Origin: an uncultured Clostridia bacterium
GTDB lineage: Bacteria; Bacillota; Clostridia; TANB77; CAG-508
Direction of reading: 5' to 3'
DNA length: 45,156 nt
Assembly: GCA_944390515.1 (NCBI GenBank)
Contig: CALXQG010000002.1
Span: 1-45,156, forward strand
The notes under the pieces: generated by a model
Seen by the model: only the letters and a program-made list of their open reading frames with translations
Databases searched by the model: none
What the model was told of the DNA's origin: nothing
Translations under genes and position numbers: made by a program
Shown here: positions 9,973 through 17,999 of the stretch, in pieces
Numbering within the stretch: the stretch's first letter is position 1
Layout of the letters: every line of letters starts with the position of its first letter

Positions 9973-10872
9973 ATGTATGAAGATATACGAAATAATAAAA
10001 TAAAAACTGGTTTAATAATAGGAATTTTTTTAGTAGTAATAACTCTTATTGTTTATTATGTATGTATGGCATTTGACTTAGGATCTATATCTATAGTAAT
10101 AGCAATGGTTTTTGCAATTTCCACATCTTGGGCATCATATTATTTTAGTGATCAACTTGTGTTATCTATTAATGGCGCACATCCAGCTACTGAAGAGGAA
10201 TATCAAAAATTAAACAATATTTTAGATGGACTAATGATTTCTTCTGGTCTAGAAAATAGACCAAGATTATATGTCGTAGACGATCTACAGCCAAATGCAT
10301 TTGCAACAGGAAGAAATCCTGAAAACGCTGTTATTTGCGTAACTACAGGTTTATTAGATAAAATGGATTACTATGAACTAGAAGGAGTAATAGCCCATGA
10401 ATTATCACATATAAAGAATTATGATATAAGACTTTCTGCAGTAGTTAGCGTAATGGTAGGATTTATTGTAATATTAGCAGATTTTGTTAGTAGAGCTTTA
10501 TTCTGGGGAGCTGGTGATAGAGATAATGATTCTAAAGGAAACCCAGTTTTAATGCTTATTGGTCTAATTTGCTTAATACTCGCTCCAATTTTCGGTCAAT
10601 TAATGCAACTTGCTCTATCTAGACGTAGAGAATATTTGGCAGATGCAAGTGCTGTAGAACTTACAAGAAATCCAGATGGACTAATTTCTGCATTAAGGAA
10701 ATTAGATTCAGACCCTAATGAATTAAAAAAGGCTAATAATGCTACTGCATATATGTATATTGTAAGTCCATTTAAAGCAAATGCTAAAGATGGTAAAAAG
10801 AAAAAAACAAGCCTATTTTCCACCCACCCTTCAATAGATGACAGAATTGAGGCAATTAGAAACTTAAAATAA
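9973..10872 (+). CDS. htpX: M48-family zinc metalloprotease HtpX
   Basis: 299 aa with 4 TM segments. HELSHIKNYD (HExxH) and the downstream REYLADA glutamate motif. Confidence 0.9.
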   Translation: MYEDIRNNKIKTGLIIGIFLVVITLIVYYVCMAFDLGSISIVIAMVFAISTSWASYYFSDQLVLSINGAHPATEEEYQKLNNILDGLMISSGLENRPRLYVVDDLQPNAFATGRNPENAVICVTTGLLDKMDYYELEGVIAHELSHIKNYDIRLSAVVSVMVGFIVILADFVSRALFWGAGDRDNDSKGNPVLMLIGLICLILAPIFGQLMQLALSRRREYLADASAVELTRNPDGLISALRKLDSDPNELKKANNATAYMYIVSPFKANAKDGKKKKTSLFSTHPSIDDRIEAIRNLK

Positions 10873-10889
10873 AATTTAATATAAAAAAT

Positions 10890-10969
10890 AAAATTAAACC
10901 TTTGAAAAAAACATTTTCAATATATCAATCAAGAGCTAATCTCTATGTTTTTTCCAAAGGTTTAATTTT
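10890..10969. terminator. long inverted repeat (25-bp arms, 1 mismatch, 30-nt loop) acting as a probable bidirectional terminator
   Basis: The left arm AAAATTAAACCTTTGAAAAAAACAT (10890-10914) pairs with 10945-10969. The right arm is the last 8 codons plus stop of the tatD-like gene. Confidence 0.5.
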
Positions 10970-11752
10970 GAAAATTCTACAAGCATTTTCATAAGTTATT
11001 CTTGCAATCTGGCTTAAATCCATTTGCTTTGTATTTGCTATTTTTTCTGCAATATATTTTACATTTCTTGAGTCATTACGTTTTCCCCTATTAGGCTCTG
11101 GTGATAAATATGGGCTATCTGTTTCTATCAGCATTTTATCCATAGGTATCATACTAATTATCTCAACAGCATTTTTTGAATTTTTAAAAGTAATTGGTCC
11201 TGCTAGAGAAATATAATAGTCCATTTTTAATGCTTCTTTTATCAATTCTCTGTTTAGAGGACAACAATGAAAAACCCCTTTTTGATACACATTATGCTCC
11301 TTTAATATTGTTAGAGTATCCATTACCGCTTCTCTTGTATGTATAACAATTGGCAAGTTATAATTATTTGCTATCTCTATTTGTTTAATAAATGCTTTTC
11401 TTTGTAATTCTCTTTTTTCTTCATCTTTCTCCCAATAATAGTCTAATCCTATTTCTCCTATTGCTAATATTTTTTTACTTTTAATTTCTATTTTTATAAA
11501 TTTATCTAATTCTAATAATTCTAAATTTAGTTTTTCTTCACTTTCTGGTATATCATTTGGAGAAATTCCTGATATTGTATACATCCAATCATATTTTTTA
11601 GCTATTTCTAAAGCATATTTAGATGAATTTAAGCTATAACCTGCATTTACTATTTTGGTTACTCCACTACAATATATTTCATCTAGAATTTCTTCTCTAT
11701 CGTCATCAAATTTTTCATCATTATAGTGAGCATGTGAATCGAAAAAAAACAT
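10943..11752 (-). CDS. TatD family metal-dependent hydrolase (YabD-like)
   Basis: 269 aa. FFDSHAHYND, IGEIGLDYYW, VIHTREA and ETDSPYLSP are TatD signatures. Confidence 0.9.
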   Translation of the reverse strand: MFFFDSHAHYNDEKFDDDREEILDEIYCSGVTKIVNAGYSLNSSKYALEIAKKYDWMYTISGISPNDIPESEEKLNLELLELDKFIKIEIKSKKILAIGEIGLDYYWEKDEEKRELQRKAFIKQIEIANNYNLPIVIHTREAVMDTLTILKEHNVYQKGVFHCCPLNRELIKEALKMDYYISLAGPITFKNSKNAVEIISMIPMDKMLIETDSPYLSPEPNRGKRNDSRNVKYIAEKIANTKQMDLSQIARITYENACRIFKIKPLEKT

Positions 11753-11765
11753 TCTCCTATCTCCT

Positions 11766-12167
11766 TTACATTTTTTCGTAAACTACAACTGCATTTGCAA
11801 CAGCATATTCTTTTATATGTGATATACTAATATCTATACTTATAATCTTATTATCCGCAGTTTTACATATATTTTGATTTAACTTTTCCACATTTATTTC
11901 AGGTCTTCCACTTTCTAAATTTATAACTTCTATACTTTTCCATATAGAATCATCTTTGCTAGTAATATTTTCTGAAATTGCTTTATATACAGCTTCTTTT
12001 ACTGCAAATCTAGCTGCAAAGTGTTGATATTTCATGCTTTTTGAATCCATACAATAATCTATCTCTTTTTCTGTATAAATACGTGTTAAAAAGCTATAGC
12101 CTAAATCTTCTATAGCTTTTTTTATTCTCTCCACTTCAATTATATCAATTCCTGTTTTAATTGTCAT
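11766..12167 (-). CDS. acpS: holo-[acyl-carrier-protein] synthase
   Basis: 133 aa. GIDIIEVERI...RFAVKEAVYKA...ISISH pattern. Confidence 0.9.
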   Translation of the reverse strand: MTIKTGIDIIEVERIKKAIEDLGYSFLTRIYTEKEIDYCMDSKSMKYQHFAARFAVKEAVYKAISENITSKDDSIWKSIEVINLESGRPEINVEKLNQNICKTADNKIISIDISISHIKEYAVANAVVVYEKM

Positions 12168-12187
12168 TTCAGTTTCCTTCCTAATAT

Positions 12188-13438
12188 CTATTTTAAACTT
12201 GCATATATAATTGTAATAATATTAATTATCAATATTACCCCTACTATAATTCTTGTTATTTTGTTATTTTTATTTAGTTCTTCTACATTATGCTTTTTGT
12301 ATGCTATATCATACTCATTTTTAAGCTTATTATATGTACTTTCTATATTCATATTATCTACCCAATTTTTTTCTAAACGCCTTCCAAAATCTTCGTTAGT
12401 TATATCCTGTATCCATAATTTTTTTGTAAAGTCTAAAAATCCTATTTCTGCATCTTTAAAATTGTTTTTAAATTGATAATTAAGCTTATTTAACATCATT
12501 TTCTTATATAGTACTAGTATATATGTATATAAATACTCACTTTCAAATTTTTGTGGCACAACTGTAAAATTGGTAGTATTTATATTTGAAGTAAATAAAA
12601 CTGTGCTTGTTGCTGTAAAGCCGTATCTAATATATTGATTTTTATAAATTGACTCTCTATTTCTATCTTCAATGTTATTAATAGCATATTCGTCATTTAT
12701 AATTTGAGTATTCGCTGGCTGTACTGTTCTGAATTTTTCAAATAATCTGTTTAATTCTTGTACTTCTGTATTGTCGTTCCAATCCTTTTGATCTAAACAA
12801 GTATATGAATATACATAAAATTTATCGTTCCCTATATTAGCTTTTTTAGAAATATTATCCTTACCTGTTAGTTCTTTAATCAATGTTGAAATGTCTTTCA
12901 CATTTTTAAATGAATTAGACTGAATCCTAATATTTTCATATTCCTTCATATTATATGAGATAGAATTTATTTCCCTAAATTTATAATTAAAATTTAATAT
13001 TTCTGTAAAACTATTTGAACTTTCTAAGTTTGTTTTAAATACTAGAAAACATATTCCAGTTTTGAAACATATTATTTTAATTTCAGATATTTCAAAAAAT
13101 ATTCCGTTATCATCCTGTACTTTTCCCTGTAAGTTCTCCGGCAATTCATAATTAAATATATTACATTCTTTCTCTGCTAACATAGTAGCTTTTAAAGTAG
13201 TATCTGATTTTTCATATTCTCTTATAGCTTTCTTTGATAAACCAAATGACCACAACATATATTCTCTAATACTAGGTAAAAAATATGTATATAAGTGTAT
13301 ATCCTTTTGTTCATCAAAAAACCTTATTTTACATTTTTTATTCCTTACTAGATTTTGTAAGTATCTTTTATAGTTCTTTTCTTCAATAACATATGGATAT
13401 ATAAAATATGTATATTGGTATTTTGTCATAAGTTCCAA
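12188..13438 (-). CDS. hypothetical protein with a single C-terminal TM segment, family not recognised
   Basis: 416-aa uninterrupted ORF. SD AGGAGG lies 7 nt before TTG 13438. The C-terminus is ITRIIVGVILIINIITIIYASLK. Gaps to neighbouring genes are tight (20-25 nt). Confidence 0.6.
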   Translation of the reverse strand: MELMTKYQYTYFIYPYVIEEKNYKRYLQNLVRNKKCKIRFFDEQKDIHLYTYFLPSIREYMLWSFGLSKKAIREYEKSDTTLKATMLAEKECNIFNYELPENLQGKVQDDNGIFFEISEIKIICFKTGICFLVFKTNLESSNSFTEILNFNYKFREINSISYNMKEYENIRIQSNSFKNVKDISTLIKELTGKDNISKKANIGNDKFYVYSYTCLDQKDWNDNTEVQELNRLFEKFRTVQPANTQIINDEYAINNIEDRNRESIYKNQYIRYGFTATSTVLFTSNINTTNFTVVPQKFESEYLYTYILVLYKKMMLNKLNYQFKNNFKDAEIGFLDFTKKLWIQDITNEDFGRRLEKNWVDNMNIESTYNKLKNEYDIAYKKHNVEELNKNNKITRIIVGVILIINIITIIYASLK

Positions 13439-13463
13439 TTTAATTCCTCCTACGTTTAATGTT

Positions 13464-14999
13464 TTATTTATCTGTAAAATAATATAAATTCAAATCCTCT
13501 GCTAAATGATATTTTCCTATAAATTCTATCAAAATATTATTTTCTAAACTATATGTTGGAGAAACTGCTATTTGTCCTTTTGAATCTACTGCTCCCCATA
13601 ATCCATCTTTTTTCACACTAGCATATCCATATTCGTTTTGTTCTCTTGCTTCATCATAAATATAGTTTACAACAACATTTCCATTCTTATCTACAAATCC
13701 ATATTTTCCTTCCTCATTCTTACTTAAGAAAATTGTATTTGATGAAAATACGTCTTTACTATTTTTTTCTTCGAACTTGAAATTATAGTATTTATAGTTA
13801 TCGTCTTGTCTGATTTTAATATATCCGTTTTTTTCGTTTAGTTCAGATAATATAACTTTAGATAATTTAATATTTAAACTTGTATCTATTAAATCTGATG
13901 TTCCATCTTCATTAGATGCCTCATAAAAGTTTGCATTACTTCTATAAACTATACTTGAATATTTAAAATCTACAGAATTATTGCTTTGTACATTCATAAT
14001 TCCATATTTTTTGTCTTGTGAAACTATATAATTATTTCCTTCTCCATATACAATATTATCATATTTAGTGTCTATAATATTTTTTCCATCATCTATTTTT
14101 ACGACACCATATTTTCCATCTTTTTTCACTACTGCATTATCATTATCTATTGATACAATATCATCATATTTTCCTGATAAATATTCCTTTTTATTACTGT
14201 CAATAACTTTCCAGCTCTTTCCTTCTTTTACAATATAGTATTTTCCATTATCATAATCTTCTTTTATATCGTCATACTTAGGTTCTACTGCTACAGTTTT
14301 AGTATAGTTTATTACACCATATTTTCCTTCACTATTTTTTACAATATATCCATCTTCATACTTATTAGAAATTGGCTTTATATCTGCATATTGATTTTCT
14401 ATAATTACAGTTCCTACATTATCAATAATTCCATATTTCCCATCTTTCTTAGTAAGTAAACTACTTGTAACTCCTTTAAGCGCTTCAATTGAGTCATATT
14501 CACAATTTACAATTTGATTTCCTGAGAAATCAATAACACCATATTTCCCGTTTTGTGATACTCTTAAAATTCCCTGCTCATACCATAAATTATTATTCTC
14601 ATCACGATTTTCAAAAGCTTCTACAATCTCATAATTAGTAAAAATTGTTTCATTTTTTTCATTTAATACTTTTGTTTTATATGTACCTTTATCATAATCC
14701 ACATCATAAGTACAAATGAAAATACCTTTAGTATTATCTGGAATAACAATATATTCGTCATATTCTGGGTTTATAATTATATTACCTTTTGAGTCTATAA
14801 CTCCCCATTTATCATTTGTATATACTGGGAAATACTTTGTTGCAACAGTTTTTTCTGGTATTTCACCATCTGAATTAAATAACTTACTTATTCCAATAAA
14901 GAACATTATTATTACTGCAATTGCTATTATAACTGCAAAAACTTTTTTTAAATTTAATTTTTGCTCTCCATCATATCTTTTTCCTCTACTCATATACAT
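13464..14999 (-). CDS. membrane-anchored WG-repeat (KWG-type) protein
   Basis: 511 aa. N-terminal TM segment, then at least 8 repeats of the type GKYGVID..GN.I....YD.I. The start may be ATG 14993, which has better SD spacing. Confidence 0.8.
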   Translation of the reverse strand: MYMSRGKRYDGEQKLNLKKVFAVIIAIAVIIMFFIGISKLFNSDGEIPEKTVATKYFPVYTNDKWGVIDSKGNIIINPEYDEYIVIPDNTKGIFICTYDVDYDKGTYKTKVLNEKNETIFTNYEIVEAFENRDENNNLWYEQGILRVSQNGKYGVIDFSGNQIVNCEYDSIEALKGVTSSLLTKKDGKYGIIDNVGTVIIENQYADIKPISNKYEDGYIVKNSEGKYGVINYTKTVAVEPKYDDIKEDYDNGKYYIVKEGKSWKVIDSNKKEYLSGKYDDIVSIDNDNAVVKKDGKYGVVKIDDGKNIIDTKYDNIVYGEGNNYIVSQDKKYGIMNVQSNNSVDFKYSSIVYRSNANFYEASNEDGTSDLIDTSLNIKLSKVILSELNEKNGYIKIRQDDNYKYYNFKFEEKNSKDVFSSNTIFLSKNEEGKYGFVDKNGNVVVNYIYDEAREQNEYGYASVKKDGLWGAVDSKGQIAVSPTYSLENNILIEFIGKYHLAEDLNLYYFTDK

Positions 15000-15118
15000 T
15001 CATTCCTTTCACAATGTTACGTTTAAAAGTCCAATTTTTCTACATATACTATATCAAATTTTTGAATTAATTACAACAAATTTTCTAATTTTTCTTCATC
15101 AGAATACTTACTCATTAA

Positions 15119-15167
15119 AAATACACCTCCAAATATTAGTTTTTTATCTAACATTTGTGGTGTATTT
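15119..15167 (-). terminator. intrinsic terminator after spoIIE
   Basis: AAATACACC (15119-15127) / GGTGTATTT (15159-15167) plus an inner CAAAT/ATTTG pairing. A U-run follows on the minus-strand RNA. Confidence 0.6.
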
Positions 15168-15190
15168 AATTTTTACATATATGAATACTA

Positions 15191-17677
15191 CTATTTCTTA
15201 CTAATTCTAGCAACAATAACACTCATATCATCTTTTTGATTTCCAAAATCATTATCTATTGCTTCTCTTAAAATTATATCAGCTATTTTTTGTGCATCAT
15301 TGGTCTCTATATCCTCTAATAAATATCTTAACCATAATTGTTTATTTACAAATTCCTTATTTGAGTCTATTATTCCATCAGTACACATTACAAGTATATC
15401 TCCATCTTGTAAATCATAATCATATACAACTAAATCAATATCATTCAAAATTCCTGTTGGAAGAGTCATAGATTTAAGAAGTTGTATATCTTTTCCTCTC
15501 TTTACATAGGTTGGACAAGCGCTATTTTTAATAAATTCCATATTTCCATTAAATAAATCTAAGATTTCTATATCTAATGTTGCAAACATGTCTTCTTCTG
15601 TATTAGCTGAAAGTGTAGAGTTTATCAATTTTAAAGATACATCTTTCTCAAATCCAGCAGTCAATAATCTTTCTAACATTTTAGTCGCTATTTTACTACT
15701 CTTCATAGCCTCTGGTCCAGAGCCCATTCCATCACTTAAGGCTAACAAATATTTTCCATCTTCCAATTTAATTTGTAAAATACTATCTCCTGAAACTGAT
15801 GAACCTGATTTGGTTGATTTTGCTGTGCCTATTTGGATATTATATTTATCATCTGAAATATATGTAAATTTACAAATATCTTTATTTAGCCTTAGCCCAC
15901 ATTCTTGTTTTTGCATAATCATTTTTTGTTCTAGTGACTTGCTTAAAATCTTACTTATTTTCTTAATATCACATTCTGTTCCATCTGGATTTGAACACTT
16001 GTCAGTATATACGTCTACAATATATCTACCAGAACTTTTTTGCTCTATCTCTATATTTTTTATTTCAATTTCTTTTTGTTCTAACAGTTTTAATATCTCT
16101 TTTTTCTTATCTTGGAACTTATCTTCCTGCTTATCTATATCTACGGCCATTCTAGATATTGCCTCTGAAACTCCTTTCAATTGCTCAGAAACATTTTTCT
16201 TACTCTCATCTAACTTTTTCTTCCAAATAAAATTAATCTTACTAACTCTATATGAATAATTAATTGCTTTTGTTATTTCATAAACATCTTCTCTAGCCTT
16301 GACTTTAGTATTGTCAAATCCAACTATATAGTTGTTATTCTGCTCTAAAATTTTTATAAATTCTTTTTCTGTTATAATTTCATTTTCTAAAAGATAATTA
16401 AATATATCTTTGATTAGTTGTTCCGTAGGATAATATATTTCATCATATAACATATTATCTTCCAAATTTTCTATATTTCTTTTTAACTCTTCTACAAATA
16501 TATCTATATTATTTTTTTCCTGCTCTTTGAGTTCGTTCTCTGTTAATATTGTAGCAGCTGCTTCTCTATAGCTTTCTGCCATATCAAAAATAGTTTCTGA
16601 TATACTATTTAATTTATATATTGTATCTCTATTATCTTCTAAGTCTTTTCCTGTAGTTTCTGGCAGTAATCTAGTATTTCCAATTAAATCTTCTATATTA
16701 ATCTCTATATTTTTAGGTATTGCTAACAGTCCAAGTGATGCAATTAATATTTCTTGGAACATTATAAGTTGTACAGTATTCCCATTTGTTGCATATGCAA
16801 GTACAACATTTCCTAACGCAAATCCAACTATAACTCCAATTCTTCCAAATCTATTAAGTAAACCTGCAATTAATCCTGATATTGCATATGCCGCAATCAT
16901 TACTGGTTCTGTCCCAGTAATAACTCCAAGAACTACTCCTATTGTAATTCCACCCGTTGCGCCTACAAGCATACCATTTTTCCAGCCTAGCACTAACACT
17001 ATTAAAATACTAAGAATGTTTCTTATATTATATCCAAATACATTTAAGTCTCCAAAAACTGTTACTGCAATTGATAGTAACAAGCTTGTCCCTATTACTT
17101 CCTCAATTGTAAATGCTCTTCTTGTACCAAAATCTATAATCATAGTAATTGAATTTACAAATATTTTATAAAAGATATATGTTGTTACTCCTAGCATTAT
17201 ACTTGTTAAGACATCAAAAACTATAAACGTTCCAAAAAACTTTGGTACTATTTGTACTAGTAGTACTGCAAAAAATAAATGTGCACCTATTCTTTTTTGT
17301 TCATTTATGCCTTCTTGTATCTTTGGTCTAAATAATAGTATAAATACAAAAAATATTAGTGAAGTTATGAAATAAACACATAAATCATTAAATCCAAATC
17401 TAATAAATGTTCCTACTAATGTCAAAACATACATTATTCCTATTGGTCTGTTATTACTTAAAGCTCCCGCAATTATAGCAAGTCCAAATGGAGCAATTGT
17501 AAACATTAAGCTACTATCATCTAATCCTACCATAGATAACATTAAACTAACAATGTATAACATAACATTTTGCTTTGCAAAAAGTCTCTTTAATATTTCT
17601 TTTATATTTGCTTTTTGAGTTTCTTGACTATATTCGTTTTGAAATTCAGTTGTATCTCTACTTATATTTTGAAACAT
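15191..17677 (-). CDS. spoIIE: stage II sporulation protein E (polytopic membrane PP2C phosphatase)
   Basis: About 10 N-terminal TM segments, a central domain, and a C-terminal PP2C (LALSDGMGSGPEA...VMCTDGI...DDMSVIV). I place the start at ATG 17677, because the ORF-track GTG 17686 sits inside the SD GAGGTG. Confidence 0.9.
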   Translation of the reverse strand: MFQNISRDTTEFQNEYSQETQKANIKEILKRLFAKQNVMLYIVSLMLSMVGLDDSSLMFTIAPFGLAIIAGALSNNRPIGIMYVLTLVGTFIRFGFNDLCVYFITSLIFFVFILLFRPKIQEGINEQKRIGAHLFFAVLLVQIVPKFFGTFIVFDVLTSIMLGVTTYIFYKIFVNSITMIIDFGTRRAFTIEEVIGTSLLLSIAVTVFGDLNVFGYNIRNILSILIVLVLGWKNGMLVGATGGITIGVVLGVITGTEPVMIAAYAISGLIAGLLNRFGRIGVIVGFALGNVVLAYATNGNTVQLIMFQEILIASLGLLAIPKNIEINIEDLIGNTRLLPETTGKDLEDNRDTIYKLNSISETIFDMAESYREAAATILTENELKEQEKNNIDIFVEELKRNIENLEDNMLYDEIYYPTEQLIKDIFNYLLENEIITEKEFIKILEQNNNYIVGFDNTKVKAREDVYEITKAINYSYRVSKINFIWKKKLDESKKNVSEQLKGVSEAISRMAVDIDKQEDKFQDKKKEILKLLEQKEIEIKNIEIEQKSSGRYIVDVYTDKCSNPDGTECDIKKISKILSKSLEQKMIMQKQECGLRLNKDICKFTYISDDKYNIQIGTAKSTKSGSSVSGDSILQIKLEDGKYLLALSDGMGSGPEAMKSSKIATKMLERLLTAGFEKDVSLKLINSTLSANTEEDMFATLDIEILDLFNGNMEFIKNSACPTYVKRGKDIQLLKSMTLPTGILNDIDLVVYDYDLQDGDILVMCTDGIIDSNKEFVNKQLWLRYLLEDIETNDAQKIADIILREAIDNDFGNQKDDMSVIVARISKK

Positions 17678-17765
17678 ATGTATCACCTCTAACTTTTTAT
17701 TTATGCATTAATGTTTTTTATCTTGTTTTCTCTTTTGTTGCTATAGCATCATTTAATGCTACTTA

Positions 17766-17798
17766 ATTATAGTCTAATCGAAAATATTTTTTTGTCAC
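17766..17798 (-). promoter_or_regulatory. candidate spoIIE promoter with an over-long 21-nt spacer
   Basis: The minus strand reads GTGACA (17798-17793), 21 nt, then TATAAT (17771-17766). A partial 0A-box-like TTCGATT sits in the spacer. It is about 89 nt upstream of the ATG. Confidence 0.4.
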
Positions 17799-17945
17799 AT
17801 TTAATCCATAATACAAAAAAGTTTTTTACAAAATGTGATATGTTCTTTTCTTTTATTTTCTTTTTTAACAATCTATGTATACTATTTTATCGTAAAATAG
17901 CAATTTTTTCAATAATTTAGAGCAATTTTTTTATTGTAGGTATAA

Positions 17946-17979
17946 AAAGAAGAAAGCCATTATTAAGACTTCCTTCTTT
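17946..17979 (-). terminator. intrinsic terminator after the giant surface-protein operon
   Basis: On the minus-strand RNA, AAAGAAGGAAG pairs with CUUUCUUCUUU (11 bp including one G-U) and is followed by UUAUA. It starts 21 nt after the stop at 18000. Confidence 0.5.
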
Positions 17980-17999
17980 CATATGATTTCTTATACTAT

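Noticed and set aside
15588-16259. 223-aa plus-strand ORF inside spoIIE
   Set aside because: It is antisense to a well-supported gene. Its S/F/L/I-rich sequence has no motif, and it is an expected by-product of K/E/N-rich codons on the opposite strand. The same reasoning applies to 4302..4682, 5175..5537, 14716..15204, 24958..25341, 31129..31413, 35171..35575, 36113..36478, 40322..40600 and 44705..45082.
17776-17782. Spo0A box in the spoIIE upstream region
   Set aside because: Only a partial match to the reverse 0A box TTCGNCA (TTCGATT fits TTCG and the free position). That is too weak to call as a feature, so it is mentioned only as context for the 21-nt spacer promoter.
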